NCBI GenBank assembly: GCA_016788665.1
Contig: JAEUSF010000006.1
Location: 4,401-68,400, forward strand
DNA from: Candidatus Doudnabacteria bacterium
GTDB lineage: Bacteria > Patescibacteriota > Doudnabacteria > UBA920
Length of the DNA stretch: 64,000 bases
Direction of reading: 5' to 3'
The position numbers and the translations under genes are program-made. Positions 19,065 to 27,318 of the stretch are shown piece after piece. The notes under the pieces are model-generated. The model searched no databases. It had not been told where the DNA came from and saw only the letters and a program-made list of their open reading frames with translations. Each line of letters starts with the position of its first letter. Within the stretch, counting starts at the first letter, position 1.

Positions 19065-19415
19065 ATGGGCCCCTTGCTCATACACCCCAAACCACCACGA
19101 CTCCAGCTCGTAAAAATGCTGGGCGTCTCTGCGGTCATCTGGATACTATCATTTTCACCCGCGGTCGCTTTCGCCCTCGCAGGGTCTGCTTTAGCAGACA
19201 AATATGAAGACGATACCCTGCCTCTACTGTTTTCAGTTTGCCTGCTCGTAATATTCCTTTGCTGGTTCGCCTTATCGCATGTGGTGTTCCACGTAAGCTA
19301 CCTGTACCAACACGTAGCTTACTACGAAAAGGCCGGCCACATACCACAAGCGTCTAGGGCAGAAAAAATGAAGGCGGCGTGGCAGCTGTATAAACAGCCC
19401 ATGAGATACGACTAG
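19065..19415 (+). CDS. small two-TM membrane protein, GC-rich foreign-looking gene
   Basis: ATG at 19065 with GGGAGG SD; hydrophobic helices; terminator hairpin at 19430-19465. Confidence 0.5.
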   Translation: MGPLLIHPKPPRLQLVKMLGVSAVIWILSFSPAVAFALAGSALADKYEDDTLPLLFSVCLLVIFLCWFALSHVVFHVSYLYQHVAYYEKAGHIPQASRAEKMKAAWQLYKQPMRYD

Positions 19416-19596
19416 CCTGAAAAGGCTACGACTTTCCGAAGACTAAACCCTTCGGCTTTTTATTTTTCATTCTTGTGTGTTTTGTGTTTTTGAAATTTGT
19501 CCTTTACGAAGAATCCAAAAAAAAGATAAAGGACGAACTACAAACTCCCCCTCGAGCTACTAGCTTCCGCCTACCAGCTACTAGCTAATTTGTAAA

Positions 19597-20178
19597 TCAT
19601 CCAAATAGAAATTTAGGCAAATAACTTACCATAGCTGCCATTTCCCGAAAATAATGAAAGACTAGCTCCCCTGGCTTATAGTAACTTGAAGTTTTAGGTG
19701 AGCTCCAATACACGTTTTTAAAACCTTGAGACTTAGCCATAAAAAAACCTCTAGCCAGATGGTAAGAATCGCTCACTACAATTATACTACTGGCCTTAGG
19801 CAACTTTTCTCTTGTGTTCTTTAAATTCTCATATGTACTACCCGAATGTTCTTCTAAAATAACATTAATGGGATTTTTAGAATTCTTGTCCATAACTCTT
19901 AACATATAAGTTGCTTCGGAAATATCTTTGTCGGAAATCCTCCCACCCGAAAGCACAACCACCGGGGCAAAACCTTCCTCGTACAGTCTTAGGGCTTCCA
20001 AGGTGCGGTTATAAAGCGCGGGAGTATTTATAGCGGCTCCAAGTATAACTATCGCGTCCGCTTTTTTTACATGAGGCGAGGTTAAGGCAAACCCAAAAAC
20101 CAGGCACGCATCTAGCAGAAAAGCGCCAACAAAAACAAATGCTCCTATTTTTACAGCTTTAAAAACTCGTCTTCTCAT
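19597..20178 (-). CDS. DUF218 (YdcF/SanA/ElyC-like) domain protein
   Basis: N-terminal TM anchor; DAIVILGAA...VVLSGG...SGSTYENL...IVVSDSYHLAR motifs of the DUF218 Rossmann-like family. Confidence 0.7.
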   Translation of the reverse strand: MRRRVFKAVKIGAFVFVGAFLLDACLVFGFALTSPHVKKADAIVILGAAINTPALYNRTLEALRLYEEGFAPVVVLSGGRISDKDISEATYMLRVMDKNSKNPINVILEEHSGSTYENLKNTREKLPKASSIIVVSDSYHLARGFFMAKSQGFKNVYWSSPKTSSYYKPGELVFHYFREMAAMVSYLPKFLFG

Positions 20179-20241
20179 AATTTTATTGTATCACAAAACA
20201 AGGGGGTCCTTATATAAAAAAGAATCTCCCCTTATAAAAAC

Positions 20242-21750
20242 TTATGCTAGGCCAGGAAAAAAGTCGGTCTTTATTTTACTGCGTTTAACACCCATTTCAA
20301 ACAAAGCCTCTTTCGCTCCTTCAACCATACGCTGAGAACCAGAAATATAGAAGACCCGGTCTTTATAGTCAGGCACTGCCTTTAAAATATTTTCTCTGCT
20401 TATGTACCCACTAAGCCCCGACCAACTTTTTGAAGGATTGGCAAGCGAATACCAAATTGTAATCCCTAACTTTCTACCTGCCTCGTCCCAAATTTCTCTG
20501 TAAGCAATTTCTTCTTCGCTACCTGTGCCGTATAACATAACAATATTGCGTCTCTCATTTTTATCTACCAAATACTTAAGCATGCTCCTAAAGGGCGTAA
20601 CCCCTATGCCGCCAGCCAAAAAAGCCAGCTTAATATTTTTATTCTCTGGCAACACAAACTCGCCCGCAAGTTGACCAGCCAAAACCGAAGCGCCGGGCAG
20701 CAAGCTGAGTAAAGAACTTTTAAAGGCACTCGGGTTTTCGTAAAATCTAACTCCTATTAAAGTTTTTTGCTCTGTCGGGGAAGATGCAATGGTTAAAAAC
20801 CTTCTATTACCCCTGCTGTCAAACCTCTTTACCCGCAAAGTCCACTCCATATATTGTCCCGGTAAAAACTTAAAAGCCCTACCCGAAAAGGAAAATTGCT
20901 TTATACCTTTTGCCAAATCTTCAATACTATTAAGCCGCAGCGAATATCGGAATTTAGGACTAACCAAGAAAGAAAAAATATTACCCAAAAGCAAAGCTAT
21001 TTCAGGCGTAAAATATAAGTTTCCCACATGAACCACCGGAGAAAAAAACACTCCAGTTACCATGCCATACAAAATTTGTTTAATTTTGGTTGGCGGAGTA
21101 GTTACAGGCTCGGTTAACATAACGCCCAAAAAAAACAAAAACGAAGAAGAAAGAAACAATTGCCTAGTTACCAAAAATACCGAAGCCCCAGATACAAACC
21201 AGGTTATACCAAAAGTTGCCCCCAAAAAACCTGCTGCCAACAAAAATTTCTTCAGCTTTCTTAATATAAGAAAACAGCCCACCAACAATGGCAAAAATAA
21301 AGGGGTGCTACCTACCCACCAAACTGCTGGCTGTGCTACAAACAATGCCACCGCAAAAATACCAAACGCAGCTGGGTTAAATATATGCTTACCCTTATAA
21401 TTTATGGCGTACTTGGAAATTTGGGCAAAGCCCGCTGCTCCTAAAAGTACCCACAATACACTCAAATATTGCCCGCTTACCGGCGGAACCAAAACTAAAC
21501 TTAAAATTAGTGCTGTAATATATACCGACTCAAAATTTTCAGATACGCGAAAAAATTTGGCCGAAATTCTATTGGTAATAAAAGAAGCGACAAGCAAAAC
21601 CGCTAGCGAATAAAGTAACCCAAAAGCGTCTATATGCAAGAGGCCAAAAAGCGCTAAAACTACGGACAAGCAATAAATAAAAACCAAAAAATACAGCACT
21701 AGCCTGTACATGGTTACGCGGTCCAGAACATGGTCAATATATTTAAACAT
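20242..21750 (-). CDS. membrane oxidoreductase with C-terminal ferredoxin-NADP+ reductase-like FAD/NAD(P)-binding domain
   Basis: About 330-aa polytopic N-terminal domain plus a C-terminal RFLTIASSP..GGIGVTPF..YISGS FNR module; track start 21828 is TTG and would overlap apbE; ATG at 21750 is preferred. Confidence 0.65.
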   Translation of the reverse strand: MFKYIDHVLDRVTMYRLVLYFLVFIYCLSVVLALFGLLHIDAFGLLYSLAVLLVASFITNRISAKFFRVSENFESVYITALILSLVLVPPVSGQYLSVLWVLLGAAGFAQISKYAINYKGKHIFNPAAFGIFAVALFVAQPAVWWVGSTPLFLPLLVGCFLILRKLKKFLLAAGFLGATFGITWFVSGASVFLVTRQLFLSSSFLFFLGVMLTEPVTTPPTKIKQILYGMVTGVFFSPVVHVGNLYFTPEIALLLGNIFSFLVSPKFRYSLRLNSIEDLAKGIKQFSFSGRAFKFLPGQYMEWTLRVKRFDSRGNRRFLTIASSPTEQKTLIGVRFYENPSAFKSSLLSLLPGASVLAGQLAGEFVLPENKNIKLAFLAGGIGVTPFRSMLKYLVDKNERRNIVMLYGTGSEEEIAYREIWDEAGRKLGITIWYSLANPSKSWSGLSGYISRENILKAVPDYKDRVFYISGSQRMVEGAKEALFEMGVKRSKIKTDFFPGLA

Positions 21751-22480
21751 AGTTTGTAAATTTTTCCGTAAATATTGTCTTTTTTTCAGATGTAATAAAA
21801 AATGCTGCCAGTGCTTTTTTTCGGGCAAATTCTATGCCGTACTCCCCCATTGCAAACAATGCTGTTGCAAACCGATCAGCCTCATAAACATTTTCCGCCA
21901 CCACGGTTACACTCGCCAGACCACCTAGGTCGTCTTTAACATTATGCGGATTATATATATGAGCTCCTCTTATATAGTTACCTGAGGTGGCCACGCCATG
22001 ATTTTGTAGGTTTAAAACTTTTACAAATTCCTTGCCGCCAAACGGGTTTTTCACACCAACTCTCCAAAACCTGTTTCCTTCGTAAGCGGTTTGTATATCA
22101 CCCCCGGCTTCGATATAAAAATTTCTAAAACCTTTTTTTTCCAACATCAGGCTTGCATTATAAACCGCCCATCCTTTTACAATCCCAGAGGGGTCAAACT
22201 TCTTGTCGGGCGTCTGAATGTTAAAATATCCTTCTGTTTCCGTTTTGGTACGCTCGGAAAGCGAAAAAATTTGCTGTACTTCCAAGCTATAATCCGCGGG
22301 TAAAATCTCACCTCTGTTTATTTTACTAATTTCGCTGTTTAACTTATAAGTACTAAACCTGCTATCTACTGCTAAAAAATATTCAAAAACGTCTTCCAAA
22401 TCTCTTTGAGTTGCGACTGCGTCTAAAACCTGCAATTCAACTGGCATACCCATTATTAACCTAACAGATTTTAAAGACAT
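21743..22480 (-). CDS. apbE: FAD:protein FMN transferase (ApbE family)
   Basis: IMGMPVELQV...FDPSGIVKGWAV...EAGGDIQ... ApbE motifs; adjacent to its likely FMN-accepting partners. Confidence 0.75.
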   Translation of the reverse strand: MSLKSVRLIMGMPVELQVLDAVATQRDLEDVFEYFLAVDSRFSTYKLNSEISKINRGEILPADYSLEVQQIFSLSERTKTETEGYFNIQTPDKKFDPSGIVKGWAVYNASLMLEKKGFRNFYIEAGGDIQTAYEGNRFWRVGVKNPFGGKEFVKVLNLQNHGVATSGNYIRGAHIYNPHNVKDDLGGLASVTVVAENVYEADRFATALFAMGEYGIEFARKKALAAFFITSEKKTIFTEKFTNYV

Positions 22481-22482
22481 AT

Positions 22483-22905
22483 TTATTCAGCCGCCTTCTG
22501 CAGAGCAGAACGCAAAGATTCCTTAAATGCCAAACTTGTATCGGTTGCACCTGTTATTATATCTACCTCGGCACTCTGAACATTCAATGCTTCTTCTATT
22601 AAGCCTGAAAGCGCTTGTCCGTTTACTACTTCCGAGGTTAAGCGAGATTTCGGAGAATCTTTTATAATAACCTCGGCCAGCTTCCCATCCAAAACAGAAA
22701 TAAAGACCTGCACATAGCCGTAAAATGCAAAACTAGTTTTACCCGTGTAATCCCCATCCTTTAAAACTGACGTTGTTAAAGACGTTTGTCCGGGCGCTCT
22801 AAAATTTAAAACCGGAGAATAAACCTGACTTATATTTCTGCCAAAAAAAACATACAGAGCAGCAAATGCAGAGGCAACAACAGAATAAATAATCTTCTTA
22901 AGCAT
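22483..22905 (-). CDS. FMN-binding domain protein (flavin acceptor with TGATxTS motif)
   Basis: N-terminal TM; C-terminal ..DIITGATDTSLAF.. FMN_bind signature with a candidate flavinylated Thr. Confidence 0.7.
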   Translation of the reverse strand: MLKKIIYSVVASAFAALYVFFGRNISQVYSPVLNFRAPGQTSLTTSVLKDGDYTGKTSFAFYGYVQVFISVLDGKLAEVIIKDSPKSRLTSEVVNGQALSGLIEEALNVQSAEVDIITGATDTSLAFKESLRSALQKAAE

Positions 22906-23061
22906 AATTAGATTTGGTTTAAAGTTACTACATATTTATTGGCTAAATATTTCCTCTAAATAAAGAGTTTTTGTCTAGAGATTGTAATATTTATGCCCTT
23001 TTACTGTATTATATAGTATGTTGGGCGAATATTAAAAAACAGTTGCTAGAGCTCAAAAGAA

Positions 23062-23622
23062 ATGCCGGAAAATACTGACGAAAAAATTGCAGAAGATGTA
23101 CAAGCGGGAAAAACCCAGGCCTTTGGCGAACTGGTTACACGCTATGAAAAAAAACTTTCCCGTTACGCAAAAAAGTTTTTATTTGACCACTTAGAAAGTG
23201 AAGATTTAGTGCAAGAAATTTTCTTAAAAGCTTTTTTAAACATACAAAGTTTTGACACCAAACGGTCCTTTAATTCGTGGGTTTATCGGATTGCACATAA
23301 CCTATTTATTAACGAAATTAAAAAGAAAGGCAAAGAACCTCTGCCTTTCTTTGACCCAGACACTCTTTTTCCACATCCCACTGAACCCAAAAAAGCCGAC
23401 GACGCAATAAAGGAAGAAGAGCTGCAAAAAATGATGAATGCGTGCCTAAGTAAGCTTAGCCCTAAATACAGAGAGGTAATGATCCTATTTTACGCAGAAG
23501 AACTTAGTTACGAACAAATATCGGACATTTTACGCATACCGGCTTCTACAGTCGGAGTCCGGCTAAGCCGGGCAAAAAAAGCATTAAAAGAAAATTATGA
23601 CAAACTCTACCAAGGAAAATAA
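23062..23622 (+). CDS. ECF-subfamily RNA polymerase sigma-70 factor
   Basis: Region 2 (LVQEIFLKAF..SWVYRIAHNLFINEIKK) and region 4 HTH (YREVMILFYAEELSYEQISDILRIPASTVGVRLSRAKKAL). Confidence 0.9.
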   Translation: MPENTDEKIAEDVQAGKTQAFGELVTRYEKKLSRYAKKFLFDHLESEDLVQEIFLKAFLNIQSFDTKRSFNSWVYRIAHNLFINEIKKKGKEPLPFFDPDTLFPHPTEPKKADDAIKEEELQKMMNACLSKLSPKYREVMILFYAEELSYEQISDILRIPASTVGVRLSRAKKALKENYDKLYQGK

Positions 23623-23635
23623 CTCCGAAGCTTCC

Positions 23636-24325
23636 ATGGAAAAAAAAGTTTTGGAAACCATTGAAAAAAACCGCCTTAAACCGCTTTCGCGCTGGTACTT
23701 TATAGCACAAAGTTCAGCCTTGGGCATAGGGCTTGTTGTAGTCGCCCTGCTTATTTTATTTTTTGCCAGCCTAATACTTTTTAACCTTAGAGAAAACAGG
23801 ACGTACATGGCGCCAGGCTTCGGCTTTTATGGCTTTGGCGTATTTTTTCTTTCACTTCCATGGCTACTTATTGCACTTGTGGCCGGACTACTTATTTTGT
23901 TGGAATATATTTTAAGACGCTACAAATTTACCTACCAAAGACCGATCCTATACTCCTTTGTAGCCATGGCTTTACTGGTTTCCGTAGGGTCAATTTTTAT
24001 TTCTCAAAGCAAAATGCACGAATCTCTTATGGCCAAATCCCGCCTTAAGCCTAAATTTTTTGGCAGCCCAATTTATAGACGACTAGGTCTCCCAAAAACC
24101 GACCAGCTGACAATAGGCAAAGTTTTCGAAACCAACGCACAAGGTTGCAGGCTAAATACTAAAGGGGGCGAAAGCTGGCAGGTATATATAAACGACGAAA
24201 CCCATCTGCCTCACGACTATAGTATTTCAAACGGAGACATAATAATGGTTATAGGGCCAAAATCTGAAAACAGCATAAAGGCCGTGGGAGTTAAGCCACT
24301 TCCGGGCTTGCCCATGAGAAAATAA
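23636..24325 (+). CDS. membrane protein, putative anti-sigma factor (by position)
   Basis: Immediately downstream of and overlapping the ECF sigma gene; several TM helices; no conserved anti-sigma motif recognised. Confidence 0.45.
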   Translation: MEKKVLETIEKNRLKPLSRWYFIAQSSALGIGLVVVALLILFFASLILFNLRENRTYMAPGFGFYGFGVFFLSLPWLLIALVAGLLILLEYILRRYKFTYQRPILYSFVAMALLVSVGSIFISQSKMHESLMAKSRLKPKFFGSPIYRRLGLPKTDQLTIGKVFETNAQGCRLNTKGGESWQVYINDETHLPHDYSISNGDIIMVIGPKSENSIKAVGVKPLPGLPMRK

Positions 24326-24399
24326 ACTAAATTGAAATACATTTGAAGTTTAATTGTAGTAATAGTCGAGGACCTCAAAAAATATTAATAAAAAAACTT

Positions 24400-24849
24400 A
24401 TGAGAAAAAAACTCGTTTCTTATGCAATCATCCCCGCCTTCGCTCTTACCTTAGTAGGAGCAGGCCTTGCTTCTGCTCACGGCTTTGGGTCAGGTTTTAA
24501 CAAAAACTTAAGCCCTGAAGAAATTGCCCAAAGCCAACAGGACCGTTTTACCGAGCAAGCAAACCTTCTTGGTATAAGTGTAGACGAAATAAAAAACGCT
24601 TGGGCGCAAGGCAAAACCTTGCAACAGCTAGCTACCGAAAAAGGCATTAGCACTGACCAGCTTAAAGAAAAAATGAAAGCACGGGCTCAAGAAAAAATGA
24701 AGTCCATGCTCCAGACATTAGTTCAAAAAGGAGTTATAACCCAAGCTCAAGCCGACCAGCGCTTACAACACATGCAAACCCAAATGCAAAATGCTGAAAC
24801 CAAGGGTTTTGGCGGACACAAAGGCAGCATGAAAATGATGGGACTTTAA
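24400..24849 (+). CDS. secreted Gln/Lys-rich helical protein
   Basis: Track start is TTG; ATG at 24400 gives signal peptide MRKKLVSYAIIPAFALTLVGAGLASA; bidirectional terminator hairpin 24875-24915. Confidence 0.5.
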   Translation: MRKKLVSYAIIPAFALTLVGAGLASAHGFGSGFNKNLSPEEIAQSQQDRFTEQANLLGISVDEIKNAWAQGKTLQQLATEKGISTDQLKEKMKARAQEKMKSMLQTLVQKGVITQAQADQRLQHMQTQMQNAETKGFGGHKGSMKMMGL

Positions 24850-24899
24850 TAGTTTAAAATTTAAAGATCAAAGTTAAAAATTTAAAACTCTCAAAGGCA

Positions 24900-25337
24900 T
24901 TATGCGTCTTTGAGAGTTTTTAGTTTAGTAATATATTCAGGCGGCAACATACACCTTTCCGCACCCTCTATAAGTTCTTCTAAATACGAACTGCTTGGCC
25001 GCGTTTCCAAAAACCCGTCTCTTAAATATATAACGACACTTTGAGCTCCGTGCGTGGTGTGGTTTACTAAAATTTCTTTTCTTTGGTAGTACTGAGGCAC
25101 ACCCTCGTACTCATCTAAAAATTTTAAATCAGGTTCAGAAATTTCAAACACAGCACCCCAAACTCTTCCACCCTCTTGCTTAATTACATTTGCCGTACCT
25201 CCACCTCGAATTTTTGACTGCCCGTCAAAAACTAACTTGTAATTCTCCAAGAGTGCAGGGTATAAAAACTTGGGACTCATACCTAACCTTGCCCAAGTTT
25301 TTTCGTTTAACAAAACCCCATAACAGAATAACTTCAT
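24900..25337 (-). CDS. gamma-glutamylcyclotransferase-like (AIG2/GGCT fold) protein
   Basis: MKLFCYGVLLN..YPALLENYKLVF..GGGTANVI..GRVWGAVFEISEPDLKFLDEYEGV matches the GGCT/AIG2 family. Confidence 0.6.
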   Translation of the reverse strand: MKLFCYGVLLNEKTWARLGMSPKFLYPALLENYKLVFDGQSKIRGGGTANVIKQEGGRVWGAVFEISEPDLKFLDEYEGVPQYYQRKEILVNHTTHGAQSVVIYLRDGFLETRPSSSYLEELIEGAERCMLPPEYITKLKTLKDA

Positions 25338-25344
25338 AAGTTAC

Positions 25345-25767
25345 CTATTTTGCCATTAAACTAAAAACCGCAGCAATAATAAGCATGTTACCCAAAGCCG
25401 CACCGCTCATAATGCCAATTTTAGACATTACCCATTCCGGTTTAGTCCCACCAAAAATTACAGCACTAACCTGGGTTGGCAATATAAAACCAAGCCAGAA
25501 AAAACCAGCCAAACCATATATATTCCAATCACTTGGAAACCCATTTATCAACAAGGCAAAAACAAAAGTTGTAACAAAAGTAAAAATAAGCTGCGTGCTT
25601 AAAGGCTTCCACATATTACGCATCATCTCTTTTTGCTTTTCCGGCGAAACCTTGTCGAACTCATGTATTCGACCCCACGTTTTACCAAAAATTGGCGTAT
25701 ACCAAATTGCGCTAAACACAAACTGCGCAATACTAGCCACTAACACTGCCCAATAATTTATAGACAT
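25345..25767 (-). CDS. DUF1761-like small membrane protein
   Basis: 140-aa, four-TM ORF; assigned from recalled family similarity only. Confidence 0.4.
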   Translation of the reverse strand: MSINYWAVLVASIAQFVFSAIWYTPIFGKTWGRIHEFDKVSPEKQKEMMRNMWKPLSTQLIFTFVTTFVFALLINGFPSDWNIYGLAGFFWLGFILPTQVSAVIFGGTKPEWVMSKIGIMSGAALGNMLIIAAVFSLMAK

Positions 25768-25856
25768 ATTTGTTAACTAATTAATTAGTTTAGTTATTAT
25801 AGCATTATTTTTTATATAAAAAAGTTCCGACCATCTGGTCAGAACAAAAGCGAAAC

Positions 25857-26270
25857 CTACAGCAAGCAGTACCTGCCTTCTTCGTAGTGCTGTGGCGACA
25901 TGGTCAGAATTAGCTCCTTTACCACGCCGTCCTTACCCAGCATTCTAAATCGTGGGCCTTGGGCCTTTTTGTCGAGGACGACCGTAACCACCCTGGGTCT
26001 TACAGCAAAAGTCCTGAAGACTGGCTTTCTGTCCTTGTCAACAAACGCGAGCTGAAAATACAGCTCTGCTCCTTCGCGGATTATGTAGTCCCCGCAGCGC
26101 ACCTGCGACGGAGATAGCTTTGTTAAAACCGGCAGCTTAGCCGGAAAAAGGTCGAAGCCCTTTTCAAAGGCCTCAGAAATCACGGCATTGATCTTGCCCG
26201 TGACCTCGTCTATTTCCTGCTCCTGGCCAGCAAACGCAGCCAACACCAAGCACGCAATAAGCAACTGCAT
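25857..26270 (-). CDS. small secreted protein, GC-rich foreign-looking gene
   Basis: ATG at 26270 with AGGAGG 4 nt upstream; signal peptide MQLLIACLVLAAFAGQ; the 40-nt palindrome lies just upstream. Confidence 0.5.
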   Translation of the reverse strand: MQLLIACLVLAAFAGQEQEIDEVTGKINAVISEAFEKGFDLFPAKLPVLTKLSPSQVRCGDYIIREGAELYFQLAFVDKDRKPVFRTFAVRPRVVTVVLDKKAQGPRFRMLGKDGVVKELILTMSPQHYEEGRYCLL

Positions 26271-26338
26271 ACAGCCTCCTGGACAAAAGCCTACCACAAA
26301 CCTTACACCTAGGTCAAAAAAATTCAAATTCAAAAAAG

Positions 26339-26378
26339 GCAAAATACCTCAATACTAGCTAGTATTGAGGTATTTTGC
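26339..26378. repeat. 40-nt perfect palindrome GCAAAATACCTCAATACTAG|CTAGTATTGAGGTATTTTGC (copy 1)
   Basis: Read directly; the second copy at 35078-35117 matches at 39 of 40 positions. Confidence 0.9.
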
Positions 26379-26701
26379 TAATTTAAGAAACCTTTGTTAA
26401 AACGCTAAATTTATAACTACAAACCAAACTCAAAATAAATAATTATATAAATTCTTAGTTATTTAAAATATCCCGTCACATCTATTACTTTTACAGCAAT
26501 TTGTAAACAATCGAAGCCTATTTTTACTTTACCAATTTTATACAATACACTCATAACTTACAAATTCTACATAAATTTACTTTTATTATATAACTTTGGA
26601 TCGGAAGACTTTTAATAAAACAAGGTGCCACTTATTAATCAATATGTCATATTGAAAATTTCTGCTGAATGCTCTATACTGTATTGGATTTGCTTTATAC
26701 G

Positions 26702-26728
26702 TTGGGGTGTCGTCCCGACTAGCCGGGA
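26702..26728 (+). repeat. direct repeat copy L: tRNA-Gln 5' fragment (TTGGGGTGTCG) fused to the GTCCCGACTAGCCGGGA hairpin
   Basis: 11 nt identical to tRNA-Gln positions 27003-27013, followed by a near-palindrome; copy R at 27111-27145. Confidence 0.85.
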
Positions 26729-26744
26729 TAAGGAGCCGCACAAC

Positions 26745-26983
26745 ATGTACACGACTTATATATTACAAAACCCTTTGGGAAAGCTTTATATAGGTTACTC
26801 CAGTAATCTTGATGTTCGGATTAGTTGGCATAATTCGGTAAATCAAAATTTACCAGAAATAAAGGTCCATGGAAGTTGTTTTATAGTAAAGAATTTCTGA
26901 CAAAATCTGAAGCTATCAAATACGAATATTATCTTAAATCTTTAAAAAGTCCGGAGTATATTAAAAAACTTATTGTGAAATAA
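26745..26983 (+). pseudogene. GIY-YIG nuclease gene with a 1-nt frameshift
   Basis: MYTTYILQNPLGKLYIGYSSNLDVRISWHNS then, after a single-base frame change at about 26833-26837, GKSKFTRNKGPWKLFYSKEFLTKSEAIKYEYYLKSLKSPEYIKKLIVK*; the joined product is a canonical about 80-aa GIY-YIG protein; AAGGAG SD at 26730. Confidence 0.75.
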
Positions 26984-27098
26984 TTTTTTCCTTTCACCTT
27001 CATTGGGGTGTCGCCAAGTGGTAAGGCAGGGGCCTTTGAAGCCCCCATTCGTAGGTTCGAATCCTACCACCCCAGCCAGGTGAAAGGAAAAAATTATT
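26979..27098. repeat. 20-bp perfect inverted repeat enclosing tRNA-Gln
   Basis: AATAATTTTTTCCTTTCACC (26979-26998) is the exact reverse complement of GGTGAAAGGAAAAAATTATT (27079-27098); the tRNA sits in the 80-nt loop. Confidence 0.9.
27004..27078 (+). tRNA. tRNA-Gln (anticodon UUG)
   Basis: Acceptor TGGGGTG/CACCCCA with U1-A72 as in bacterial tRNA-Gln, D arm GCC..GGC, anticodon stem GGGGC/GCCCC with loop CTTTGAA, T arm GTAGG-TTCGAAT-CCTAC, discriminator G, encoded CCA. Confidence 0.8.
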
Positions 27099-27110
27099 TT
27101 ATAATAGTAA

Positions 27111-27145
27111 GGTGTCGTCCCGACTAGTCGGGACCACCCCAGCCA
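27111..27145 (+). repeat. direct repeat copy R: GGTGTCG + perfect palindrome GTCCCGACTAGTCGGGAC + duplicated tRNA-Gln 3' end ACCACCCCAGCCA
   Basis: 13 nt identical to the tRNA 3' end (27066-27078); followed by terminator hairpin CACCAATAAACATTGGTG plus T8 (27154-27179). Confidence 0.85.
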
Positions 27146-27318
27146 AAAGAATTCACCAATAAACATTGGTGTTTTTTTTATGGTATAAATTATTTTGAAC
27201 CAAACTTTCAACACTTTCTAGGGGTGGACGTTTTTCTACATTTTTGCTAAAATACAAGGTCTCTTGTCAATGCTGCGGCAGTAGGAAGACTAGAGTGAAT
27301 GTAAAGGAGGTGAGAAGA

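Noticed and set aside
26339-26378. Interpretation of the 40-nt palindrome as an integron attC site
   Set aside because: No GTTRRRY core or inverse-core sites and no integrase nearby; a terminator or recombination-site role remains possible but the integron-cassette reading is unsupported.
26942-27214. Track ORF (90 aa, minus strand) spanning the tRNA-Gln region
   Set aside because: Lies entirely antisense to tRNA-Gln and its flanking inverted repeats; the product is low-complexity, so the ORF is spurious.
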